Below are positions 10,643-22,800 of a DNA stretch of 64,000 bases, in pieces; within the stretch, counting starts at the first letter, position 1; each line of letters opens with the position of its first letter. Under the pieces are notes generated by a model that was not told where the DNA came from, did no database searches, and saw only the letters and a program-made list of their open reading frames with translations. The stretch is from the NCBI GenBank assembly GCA_964035575.1, contig OZ037833.1, positions 1,116,001 through 1,180,000 on the forward strand, in the 5' to 3' direction. This stretch comes from Rhynchopus sp. YZ270_cl-10 (Eukaryota). The position numbers were made by a program, and so were the translations under genes.

Positions 10643-12148
10643 GGGGGGGGGGGGGGGGGGAAACCCTGTGCAGGCCTGAGGGAAAGACTACTGAACTGAC
10701 GTGACCTAGGTCATTTTACACAAGACACAACGAAACAAACGCTGGGGGAGTTTATTTGAAAAAAGAATTTGAAGTAGAATTTTAATTTCTGATATTTGTC
10801 AGGCACTATCACCAAAAAAACGGTGGAAAAAAAAGAAAGGCAAAAAGAAAAAGTAGTTTCGCCCCCGGACGAACGCCGGGGGCGGGGGGAAACTAAGAGG
10901 TCTTTTATGGAGGAGCTCCGCGGGTGTCTGCACTTGAACAACCAGGTTTTCAAATGGGGAAAAAAAAAGAGGGAAAAAAAAAAAAAGTTGGATAATTGCA
11001 CAGCACCTTGCTTCTACAAACACAGCACTCTAAGGGGAATGCCCCCCTCTCGTACAGACACATCTAACACTAATTCAAAATTTAGTTGTGTCCAGGGTAC
11101 GGTACACTTTATTATTGACAATTTATCTGTCCAAATATGACAGTTCTATACATTTTTACATTTATTTTCTAATACCATACTTCTCCATTGTAACATGAAC
11201 CTAAGCCTCTCATCCTTCACCTGAGTAGAATCATAATAAGGTTGCTTTTCGGTTGTCAAAAGAGAAACAAGAGTTTTTGTTTAATAGTAGACCGCCACTA
11301 GATAGCAGCCACGATTTTTCTTTACAGTATCCTTACAAAAGAGAGCAAGAAGGAGTACGCAAAGCACTGTGTGGTACTCCTGAAAACCCCATTTTGCGTA
11401 CTTGCTGCGTACTTGTTGCGCACTTTGTGCACGAAAAAAAAAAAAAATACAGTAATACCCTATATTGCGTAGTTGTTGCGTACTTAGTGCGTAGTTGTTG
11501 CGTACTTGGTATTTTTTATTTCAGGAGCACTGTAGGGTTCTTTCTGTTCGAAAGAGAAATCAGAGAAACGATAGGCAAAGCGTCACAGCCTACATCTCAT
11601 TAGCCCACCAGAGAGAGGAGAAAAACACCTAGAGGAGTATCCTCAAAAACATGATAACTCCCGTTTTTCCAGGGTTTTCCAGGTTTATCCCGGTTTTTTT
11701 TGGGTGTTACTAGCTGGGTACGTACTAAGAGAGAAAAAAAACCAAACCCCGGGAAAAGCCTGGATTTTTTTCCCCTGGGGGGTTTTTGTACCGTAGAAAG
11801 TAGAGGCCCAAAAATCCGAAAATCTGAAAAATTTTCCTAGGAAAAAAAGGCTGCAGGTTTTCGCACACTCCCCCTCCCAAGACCCCTAGAGCCCCAATGG
11901 AGGGCGCCTGCGCTGTCGCCCGTCGCCTGTTGATGAGGGCACGTCGCTTGCAGCTGTGTTGCGAACAGGCTCAGGTGCCGTCTGTGGTCGTGGTGGTGGT
12001 GGTTGATGACAGAAGAGTTGCAAAGAGAGAAGGGGAAGAGGGGAAAGAAACAAAAAAAAAATGTTTATAAGATGAACCTAAGCCTCTAACGGGTATAAAG
12101 AAGAAGGGGAAAAAGTGTGTTGACAACTATGCACGCAGATCTGCAAGC

Positions 12149-12185
<37 letters not shown>

Positions 12186-12666
12186 AAGTGAGAAAGTGTA
12201 CGCCTCTCTGTCGAGGCAGGGCATCATCTAGCGTTGGTTATCAAAACCACAAGACATAAGTTGTCAAGGTGGCTGACCATTTTGAGAGTAATATTCAGAG
12301 GGAGGGTCGCCACATACGACGAAGCCACCGAACTTTCTGAAAAACAAAAAAAGAACAAATTCATACAAAAAAAGAAAAAAAGAGAGAAGTTGAAAGTGCA
12401 AACGCCAGAAAAAATGAAAAAAAAAATGGGGAAAAAATGGAAATGGGAACGCACATCTCGGAGAGGATCAGACTGGATGTCACTCCCTGTCCCCCGCAAA
12501 CGATGCCTGGGATGGGGGACATACCAATCTGGGACCTCACGGGACGTGGCACTCAAAAAAAAGACTCTTTTCTACAGAGGCGTCTCTGCTTTTATTCTCC
12601 TGCAAAATAAATCCTGAGGTGAAGACTGACACCTAATGTTTCAACATGATCAAGTGTTTGATAATT

Positions 12667-12743
12667 TGGTGTGGCCGACGGCCCCAAAATAGCACAAAAT
12701 AGCAGAAAGTAGCACAAAATAGCGCCTCCCTTCAGCCACACCA
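12667..12743. mobile_element. Short MITE, TGGTGTGGC...GCCACACCA family
   Basis: 9-bp TIR, internal (AAAATAGCAC)-like repeats; inverted relative at 48804-48881 and same termini at 41181-41839. Confidence 0.6.
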
Positions 12744-15101
12744 AGATATGTTTAACAAAAGATGGACACACATGCCCAGTGCGAAATGGTGATCTGTTCT
12801 ATCTCGACAATCACTACTTTCAACACAACATACAAATTAATTCATATACATTCTTTTCTTAGCGAAACAAAAAGAATGCAAAGAGGGTGCAAAAAATGTA
12901 CCCTTTCTTCTTTTTTTTTTTTTTTTGAAAACTTGGTTGTATTAGTGTAGCCACCCTAGAGTGTGCTCCACTATCTTTATTATTATTAGACACTAATTTT
13001 TTTATTGACATGCATTAACATACAAAGAAAAATTGAAAGATGGATGCCTCTCGCGTACACACATCTTTAAAACAACAGACAAACTGTCACCTTGAAAGGG
13101 CCGGTTTGCAAGACATAGAAATATACAGAAACAAAAAAAACAAAACAATTTTGTTTGATTTTAGAGGGGCAGACAGCCACGATTTTTCTTCCTAAGATCC
13201 TTAAAAGAGAGCAAATAGAAGGACAAAAACATAGAAACATAACGACATATAAAAACATAAAGCACAATAAACGGAAAAAGGTTTGAACAAAGACTGAATC
13301 TAAGCCAAAGCTGGGCCGCCAAAAAGCTGAGAAACACAAACAGAACCAACTACAGCCTCCTGGCAGCGAATTATATCGTCAACAAGAAGGTGTTTTTAAA
13401 CAGGATCCCACAACTAAACCCCATTAATTACAGTCGTTGTAAAAGGGGGTGCTGGTGTTTCAGTCGCAAACGACGAACAAAAACGCAAAAAAAAAAAAAA
13501 AAAGTGAAGTTATTAATGCAGGCACCTCCGACTGACCCACGTACGATGCCAGCCATCCGGATGAAAGCACAAGTACCCTGCGGCCAACAACAGAAGATGT
13601 AAAAAGGAAACCTAATGACTGGCCCGTACCGTAAGAGAACGAGGGCGGTTCACAACCGCTCGACAGCCGGCGGCCCACCTTCCGTTGAAGAGTTGTGAGC
13701 TTACAGGTACTGCAGTTCGCTGCACCCAACGCTTGATGCACGATAGTCTACACAAGAGAGCAGAAACCCAAAAACACAAAAAGGGGTGGGCGGGGGGGTC
13801 ACAACATCTCTCTCTTGGCGCCCCATGCTGTACCGACAGTTGGGCCTCACCCTTTCTCTTAGGGATATACATGGACGTCCTTACAGGCAGCACACCGTAA
13901 CCCAAAGGCGTGGCAGAGAGACTCCGTAGAGCGACTCTGGCCTGACCGCTGGCCAGTTATGCTCCGGGTGCGAGCACCCATCATAGCATAGGGGGGCCAG
14001 CCTGACCCAGCATTTATATACCCTGCCAGGGTGAACTTGCATAAAAGAGGGCAGGGGCGTTTAGACCCTGAGGACTAGGGGAAGTCCCGCATACCCCAAC
14101 AGAAAGACAAAGGCCATGCACTGGTGATATAGGAGAGGCAGGGTTGCTGAAAAACAAAAAGACCCTGAAGGCACAAAAACGCCCCGCATACCCCTCCTCG
14201 CCTCCTGTTTTGTAATCTCTCAGGTAGGAGACATCGGTTCGAGCGGTCAACACCTTCATAGAGTTTCTGGAGGAACGGACCCCCGGATGCAATTTAAGGT
14301 CCAGCCCAGGACCGGAAAAAAAAAAAAAAAAAAGGTTTCGAGTGGCTCTGTCTTCAGAGGATACCCCACAGAGTCTCGCGTCCTTCAGAAGAATTATCAG
14401 GGTTGAAGGTGCCCGTGTGCTGTTCCACACAAAGTCTAACTAAACTTTCAAAAAAAAAGGTGACAGAAGGGGGGTGATGGAAACGTTGGACAAAAACGTC
14501 GTGGATAGCACAGAGTTCTGTTGCATAAGTGACAGAAGCAAGACAGGTGTTGCGCATGTGTCAACCCGACCTCCTTTTGACCATTTTTATAATAAGAACA
14601 CCCTACATAGGGAGACAATGCCCCCCTCTTAGGAACTAGCCACCACTGCTTTCAACACACATACGCAAGGTTCCTACACAATGCGCATAAACTGAATAAA
14701 CTCCTTTTACGGGAAATAAGCCAAGAACGCACCCACACACATTTGTGCCATGCTTCGCTCTTAGGAACTACTCACACCTGCTTTCAACACACAAGGGGAA
14801 CACACACGGAATCATAAACCACTCAAACCTCCATACGGCCTCGGTAATGTTCATGTGAAGGCCTAGTGGATGATCCCCACCACCACTGCCTCCACCACTA
14901 CCATGCCGGGCACGAGGTAAATGGCATTGTGGCTTTTGTGTGATCGACGTTGAAAAAGAGGACAGGAAAAGAATAAAAAGAGGCTGACGGGGGCGGAACC
15001 TCGCCCCTGGGCAGGTTCAGGAGCCTGACGAAGGAGACAGAGCCCCTCTCTCTCTCAACTTCAACTTCAACGGAAAAAGAGGGGATAGGGGTGGTGTGGG
15101 G

Positions 15102-16710
15102 TCACCAGGCACTTACCACTGGATCGGGGTCGCCTGTATATGCGCTGGGGTCTGCGTTTGGTATGCTTTCCTCTGGCGTCGTTCCTTCCATAGACGTTGT
15201 GAGGGCAGAGGCAGAGCGGCTGGCGCTTTCGTCCTTGCTGGTGAGGTCTTCGCTGGTGTGGGTGCCGTTGGTCTGTGGGTTCGACATGGCATGTGCGTCG
15301 GCGGTGTCGCCGTGGTCCTTTGTACTATGCCGTGCGCTCACAGCACTGCCCCGGTCTGTCCGCACTTCACGCAGTTCCATATCAGGTGCAAGCTTCTCTG
15401 CCAGAACGTTGTTTCGGATGAGCTTCCTCCTGCTGACCATGATGTATTCATAGGTGGTGAGGCCGCCCCACCAGAGCACCACGTGGAGGTGTGTCAGATG
15501 CACCAGAAGGCCAAAGGTGATAATCCCGAGCAGGAACACTGTGCCCACAGCGGCACGGTAGTTCGTCATATCCATGGAGTTGAGCTTGTCGTCGAGCATC
15601 TCGCTGACCCTGTCTGTGTCGCGGTATGTGTCTATGAAGAGGAAGAGGCCTATGCCCAGCACCTCCGTCGTCATCGCCAGCGTGACGGTGAGGAAGGTGT
15701 AGAAGTAAGCGTAGTTGCGTGCCCCCACGCATGTGTTCAGCCACTTGCAGTGGTGGTCAAAGTCCGCAACGCATTTGTTGCACGCCTTGCAGTGCTTGCT
15801 CTCATTGCGCACCCACGCCTGGCACACCCCACACTTCACAAACGGAATGTGCTTCCCCTCATAAAAGTTCGTGCTCCGTGGGTACTTAATCCCAGGGTCC
15901 GCAGGGTCGACAACCGCTGCCAAGTACACACTCCCCAGCATCACCAGATACCCGATTCCAAGGTTCACGTAGACAATATAGTTGACCGGATCAGGGAGGA
16001 GAGGTGCAAAACAGACCATCACAAACACCAAGAAGAACGCGAACAGGACCCACGATGCGATCTGTTGTGTATTGGGGGGGTGGTTGTTTGAGAGCAGGTA
16101 TAAGTGATCAGATCGCGCGTTTTCGGTAAAATTTTTGGAACCCACATCGTAAAAAAAGGGGGTGCGTGTGGGGAGAGCATTTGTGCAGGCTACAACCCAC
16201 ATTTTTGACATTTTTTTTGGGCTCCGTGCAGTGGTGGGTCAATATGAAAAGTTGGAGCAAAAGAGAGAGAAAGGCTGTATGGAAATAGACTAAAAACGAA
16301 CCTCACACTCTCGGGACCGCCAAAATTGCAACTATTATTTTCAAAAACCCCCACACCACCTGATTTTATCCTTCCTTTTATGCTATTTTGAGAGGAAAGA
16401 AACCCCCTTTCCATACCTGAAGAAGATGCCATGGCCGGTGAAACCCATGCAGGCGTTGTGGGAGCAGCTTCCAGCTGTCCGCTGGGAGCACCCGCCTCCT
16501 ATAGGGGAAGCCGTGCAGGAGGGGCGGCTCTGGCTTCGGGATGGGTGGGGGGGTATGCGCAGACACCTGCAAGGACGCGTTGTCCGTCGGCAACGCAGCC
16601 GCCATCGGCACCGGCACCTCGCTCTGCTGCCCTATTTGCTGGTCCGCCTCCAAAGGTGTGGCACGGTCTTGCTCACCTCCCTCAGGCACAGCTGCATCCT
16701 GCCCCCCCAT
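15102..16710 (-). CDS. DHHC-type protein S-palmitoyltransferase (ZDHHC1/11-like N-terminus), spliced
   Basis: Motif CGVC...SKHCKACNKCVADFDHHCKWLNTCVG plus TM helices and TTYE. Exon 1 16710-16417 ends RLHGFHRPWHLLQ; intron GTATGG(16416)...AACAG(16062) is phase 0 and joins to IASWVLF. A possible further donor (GTAAGT ~15116) makes the 3' end uncertain. Confidence 0.9.
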
Positions 16711-17349
16711 CACTAGGGGGGGAGGGAAGGGAGAAGGGGAGAGAGAGAGAGGGGCGATGTGTAGTGTTCTGGAGAGGGTTGAAAGGGGGGGTTGTGAACA
16801 CAAGATGAAGATGGGGGGAGGAGGGCAAGTTTATACTCAATATGACCAGGTACCTGGTCATATTGACCAGGTATCCTCTGACCAGCACACCGTGTATAAG
16901 ATGAACCCAAGACTCTCGTGCTTAGTCTCCTTTTAAAAAAAAGGTGTGAAGCATAAATGATGTTCTCGACAGTGCCAATAATGACAGGTCCCCGACATAA
17001 GAGGGGGGGTCCACTTAATAATCCCTCCGAAATTGACAGGTCCCCGACAGGACTTTGGTAACATTAATAATGGGCAAAAATAAAATGGTCCTTTTTTTTT
17101 TGAAAACTTGGTTATATTAGTGACAGCCTGAGGACGAAGCTACACTATACTGTGCACATCTTTTTTTTTTTTCCATTTTGTACTCTTTTGGGGGTCAACT
17201 TAGTTTTAGATGAGATTTCTTTTGTTTTGCAAGGTTATATAATAGGGAAAAGTCACTTAGTGCCCAAGTTTGTTGTACCCATTTAGGATAATACCCAGTG
17301 GGTATTATCCTAAATTATTTGGGGATTATCCTAAATTATTTTGGGTATT

Positions 17350-17511
17350 ATGGGTACTGGGTACTGGGTACTGGGTACTGGGTACTGGGTACTGGGTACT
17401 GGGTACTGGGTACTGGGTACTGGGTACTGGGTACTGGGTACTGGGTACTGGGTACTGGGTACTGGGTACTGGGTACTGGGTACTGGGTACTGGGTACTGG
17501 GTACTGGGTAC
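17350..17511. repeat. Perfect 7-bp tandem array (TGGGTAC)n, ~23 copies
   Basis: Direct reading; lies just inside the left TIR. Confidence 0.97.
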
Positions 17512-19014
17512 CAAGAGAAGGCACCTTGACAGCAGCGAAGGCGCAAGACAAGGTATGTAAATATGTTAACTTTATGGTGAATATTCAACAAAGTAAGGCC
17601 GTCGACTCGTATTTCCTCCAAAAAGTCTCCAGAACAATATTTTACACCCTCAGGCCAACTTATTTTTTAAAGAAATCACCTTCTTTAAATTCCCCACCAC
17701 TCACAACTTCACTTTAAACAGGTATCGCGAGTGCAACATCGAGAACCAACTGTGCAGAACGAGCGAACATATGGGGTGGAAAGGGGGGTGGGAACACTCT
17801 GTCAGTCACTGCTATTGCCATTAACCCAGGGAGCATAGCTAGTGCAAGAAATTCGACTTTGGAAACCTTCCGGAAAGTCTGTCCTCTGCTTGCGGAGGAC
17901 GAGGCACAAGAAAATATTGCGTTCCCCCAGAAAACCAGTGCACATTTCACACTCCTTGTGGGTAGTCTTGTTGCCTTTTTTGTCGAGTAATTTTGGCCCA
18001 GGCATGCTCTTGAAGCATGACAATTTAGTGTGTATGGGGCAGGGTGTTGTTTTGTTCTGAATTCTCTTTGTTATAACATCTAAGTCAATCGCGGGTGGTG
18101 GTTTGTGTAGCGTGAGGCACTCTTTTTAGCAAACTTCCTGCGGCTGCTAAAGTGTTATTTCTTCGGATTTAACAACGTACAGCGTAACATAGTGGTTTAG
18201 CCTGGTCGACACAACCTTTGATAGATACGGGATAACCAACCCCCTTCGACCCCTTGTGGGTTCACTGAACAAGCCCTCGTGGTAGTTAAACGCGATTGAC
18301 ATTTACATTTCCTAGAGATGAAAGAACAAGATAACACTTCTGTACCCGCGCATCAAAATTGTGGAAAACTTTGCACCCCAAACACCCTCAACAACGCCCG
18401 CCAAAAGGCGCCCCTTGTTGCTGGGAGTTGTTCTCATGTTTGATACCTGCACAGCGGGCATTCCTCTGAGTCCAACGCATGTTTGGCCTGTCTGCGGCGT
18501 TGTACTTCAGGTGCACGAAGACAGGGTCTGGTGGTAAATTTTGCGTAGTGTCGCATTCCCTCATGTGTGGGTCACTCACACTTGGCGGTCATGTGCCACT
18601 GCGTGGGTCTGGGAATTTGGGTACCTGGGTACAGGAAATTTGTTGTGGAAGACATCAACCACCATGCATTGAGGAGGGTAAGACAGTGGTCGCAGTTTCT
18701 ACTTGATAGCATTACAACATTTAACTTCTCCACGGGGGTCTTGGGCCGTTCACTCGGTTATACCTTGACAACCGGAAGATATTCTTGAGGCCTTTTTGGT
18801 CTCTAGAATATCCGGTCTTCCCGAACGGAGGCACACTTTGTGTGTTACTACGACCTGGCAACTTCCAGCAGTAGGTTAAGTAATCTTTCTTGTAAATTGT
18901 TGGAACATTATCTCCTCAGTGCATGAATGCCCCACGTGACTGGACACTTTTGTGTTTGTCATGTGGAGCTGTGGTTGCTCTTTCACGACTTTTTTCCTTG
19001 TACACCAGTGTGCC

Positions 19015-19276
19015 GGTACCTGGGTACCTGGGTACCTGGGTACCTGGGTACCTGGGTACCTGGGTACCTGGGTACCTGGGTACCTGGGTACCTGGGTACC
19101 TGGGTACCTGGGTACCTGGGTACCTGGGTACCTGGGTACCTGGGTACCTGGGTACCTGGGTACCTGGGTACCTGGGTACCTGGGTACCTGGGTACCTGGG
19201 TACCTGGGTACCTGGGTACCTGGGTACCTGGGTACCTGGGTACCTGGGTACCTGGGTACCTGGGTACCTGGGTACC
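19015..19276. repeat. Perfect 8-bp tandem array (TGGGTACC)n, ~32 copies
   Basis: Direct reading; lies just inside the right TIR. Confidence 0.97.
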
Positions 19277-19870
19277 CAGTACCCAAAAATAATTTAGGAT
19301 AATACCCAAATTAATTTAGGATAATACCCAAATAATTTAGGATAATACCCAAATAATTTAGGATAATACCCACTGGGTATTATCCTAAATGGGTACTAGA
19401 AACTTGGGTACTAGCCTACTTACCCCTATATAATAATATACTACTGTGTCCCTGTCACCGCTCATCCCTCTTTGTGCGAAAAACTGTAAAGCCTTTTGCA
19501 CTCTTTGGTGGGGGGCAGATGGGTGGCAGGAACAAAAAAAAGTTGGGGTTAAAAAAAACGAGAATTTGAAACATGCACCTCACCGGACACTGGAGGACGA
19601 ATGTACCCTCATATCCATCGAACTACAAGTCTGTATAATATTTGCTGTATCTACCACCACATCTCCCTCTCAGGGTTCTGTACATCAACGTCGCGAGAAA
19701 AAAAGGGAGGCTAAGTGAATGTCATATGGTGATCTTCCTCAGGCCGGAAGATATCAACCGCCATTAAGGCTCTTTGATCACCTCAGAGGAGCAATCCCCC
19801 TATCGATTAGAGTAACAAAGAAACGAATCAAGAAAACCCAATGCTCTTTATCAAAGATTCTACAACGTTG

Positions 19871-22800
19871 CTACAACTCTTCTTCTTCCAGCTCACGACG
19901 CGGCTTTTTCTCCCATGACTTAGGAATGCTTCTCCTTGGCGGCTTTCGTGAGGTCACAAAATCTATTCCCCCATCACGACGTTCTTTGGATGCTGTCCTG
20001 AAGGTTCTTCTCCGAACTGCACTACTCAGCTGTACACGAGAGAGCGGTGGTGGTGGGTGAGGGGCTGCGGGCTTTTGCGGGAGGACACGACGAGGAGGCA
20101 AACTCCATGTATTAGGGATCTGTGTATCAGCTGCAGGCTTCGCGACAAAGGAGGTGAAACGTTGTGGTGCGCGGTGGTCTGGGGGCTGTGTAGTGAAGAC
20201 TTTCAACTCAGCGTTGAGACGGTCTGCGGTGCTGTGGCGGTAGTGTGGGTCGTGCCCAGCATCAAGCCCATCCTCAGACAGTGACCCCTTCGCCCACTCT
20301 GCACGCCTCCAAAACGTATCCCCATCAGACGCAAAGCAAATCCTATCTGCTGCAGTCGGCACCAACCTTGCCACCACCCCTGCATTAATCTGCTCTGCAG
20401 ACACACCGTCCTCCCCTACACTCAACTCTTCATCCCAAAAACTACTAAGCATCGACACCGTTGAAAGACGTGACGAAGACGCTCTACCCCGTTTCTCACC
20501 ATTTGGAGCAACGTCGAGCAGCAAGGTCTCCTTGGGGACCTCTGGTGGTGGAGGTGGAGGCGGTGGAGGAGGAGGAGGAGGAGGTGGTGATACTTCCTCT
20601 GTTTCCAAATGCCCCATCCTCGCTGCCGCAAAGTCCTCATCCAGATCCGGCTCCATCGGCGTTCCTAACCCCCCTAAAGACTGAAACGCACCCCCAGGAG
20701 TGTCGGTCATGCTCGCAAACCCCTCCACCTCCAATACAACTTCGGGGGTGGGCTCCGTGGGGATGGGTGGTGGTGGTAGTGGTGGTGGTGGTGATTCAAC
20801 AGGGGAAGGTAGCCCAAAGAAAACCTTTCTCGGAGAGGTGGGCGGGGCTGTGTCCATGCCGTCAGTGATCTGCAGCGGGGCCGGTGTTGGGCGTTTGATG
20901 CAGGAGATCAGAAGCCGTTCCGCTGGAGGTGGGATGTACGCATGGGGGACGTACCCTTCGACGTCGTCGCAGTCAATGACACTGAATTTGTAGCGTACCC
21001 GGTCGTTCGCTTCGTACGGCGGTGGTGCCAGGTCTGCCAGGGAACGCACCGAGGCTGCTCTGATGCGGAGTGCCTGCCGTGCTTCTTCCTCTTCGAATGG
21101 GTCCTCGCTGAGTTGTGGCAATGCAGGCTCTGGACCACCTTCGCGTGGAAGGAACTGTGTGCACGGTATATGCTCGTCTGTTGTGTCGATCTCTTCGACA
21201 GCCTTGCGGAAGGAGGACTGTCGTGGTGTTAGTAGCGCCGCATTGTGCATGGCAGAGAGCAGGACCCCTTGAGGGAGAATAGGGGATGTGCCTGCTGAGG
21301 CACAGACCCGCGCGGGTAGTGTCATTGTGCAGTCGCGTTGTGTTTGGTAGAGGAGGCGGCGTGGTGCACTCTCGCAGTTGCCGCCGACCAGTTTGAGGTC
21401 GTGGTAGTGGTACGGTGAGGCAAAGGGCGGTGGTGTGAAGTCCTCTGCGCGCGGGCAAGGGTACACCCACCACTCATCAGACTCTATTGGGGTGATGTTC
21501 AGAGCCTGTGTGGTAGTGGCTGTTTGCGGTGCAAAGGCACGTTGCATCGCACGCACAGCACTGCCGCGCCGCACAGTGAGGTTCGTTGCAAACTTTATCA
21601 CAGAAGACGTCGGACCCACACCAAATGTCGAAACCGCACGGACACATGCCTTATAGCGTGCCCGTATCGACAGCCCGGTGATGACATGGCTGTTCCCACG
21701 CACCCGAATCGGTGCCCGCCATTTGCTGTCAACATCGCACTGTTGGAGCAGAATGTGATAGTGGAGTTGGTTCTGGCTTTGGCAGTTGCCTGGAGCAGAC
21801 CAAGAGAGTGTTGCTGTGTTGTGCGTCACTGCTGTGAGGGTTGGGGTGCCACACTCAAGGGGCGCGGGAGGGTCCGTCCAGGACAGGCCTATGGAGGAGC
21901 GTGACCACAACGATGTGACACCACCGTGCCTGCTGAAGAGTTCGTCCGCCTCTCTGCTGTGCCCAATCACACGAAACACATAGTCCGAAAGCGCACCCTG
22001 AGGCACCAAGACCCGCGCAAAGCCACGCCCCTGCACCTCCCCCACCTTCACCCATGCTTCAGGATCACCATGTACCAAGGACACCACAGACGCAGCCTGC
22101 ACTACATAGCCGTACTCATGGGTGTGGCTCCGTGGCTGTGTTTTTGGAACTTCATTGTAGTCAGCGGCATTCGTAACACCAATCGCAGCACGCACAGAGT
22201 TTTCTGTGTCCAAGGAGAGCGCGGGGTTGTATGTGAGAAGGTGCTTTCCCCGTTCATGGTCTTCTTCGGACTCTTCAATGTCAGGTTCGATGCAGAACCC
22301 TACAAAGCGTTTCGTGAGTTGTGTCAGACGGTGCATCGAGTCTGAGGTGACGTTAGGGGGTAGGTCCACCCGGCCACCCCTATCCGTGAGGAGCAGTGGT
22401 TGGTGCTGTGCTGAGGTCAGCATGGCGCGGGTGTACTCCCGTGATGCACAGCTTGAGGAGGGCGAGACCACACCACGTTTTAAGGGAACAGTCTCGTCGT
22501 CAAACGGCACCGCCTCCAACCGCGGCCAGCTATTAAAGCTCTTCTCCGAAAAATCCCTAAAAGCAACCAAAGTATAATGAAACTCTCTCGCATTGTGGAT
22601 AATGTCTGCCACCCTCAGCGCGACCTCCACTGCAGACCCTGGGCTTAGATCGCGTTCACTCGACCCTAACCCTTCGAGAATGCCGATCAGCTGCCGAAAC
22701 GGCTTTTTCAGCAAACCATGCACGGTGTCTGCAACGGTGTCACGGCGGTACGCTGCTTCTGCCTGCTCGATTCGGTCGATCGCATCGACATTGCGTGGCG

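Larger units (their letters stand above)
17245..19426. mobile_element. Mutator/foldback-like TIR element with 9-bp TSD, non-autonomous or decayed
   Basis: TSD TATATAATA at 17236-17244 and 19427-19435. TIRs start GGG, align over ~100 bp and each contains the hairpin ATTTAGGATAATACCCA-N-TGGGTATTATCCTAAAT. The interior has no intact ORF that I recognise. Confidence 0.75.

Noticed and set aside
13580..14950. GC-richer intergenic stretch that might be a decayed retroelement
   Set aside because: No RT, endonuclease or transposase motif recognisable by eye; needs tblastx.
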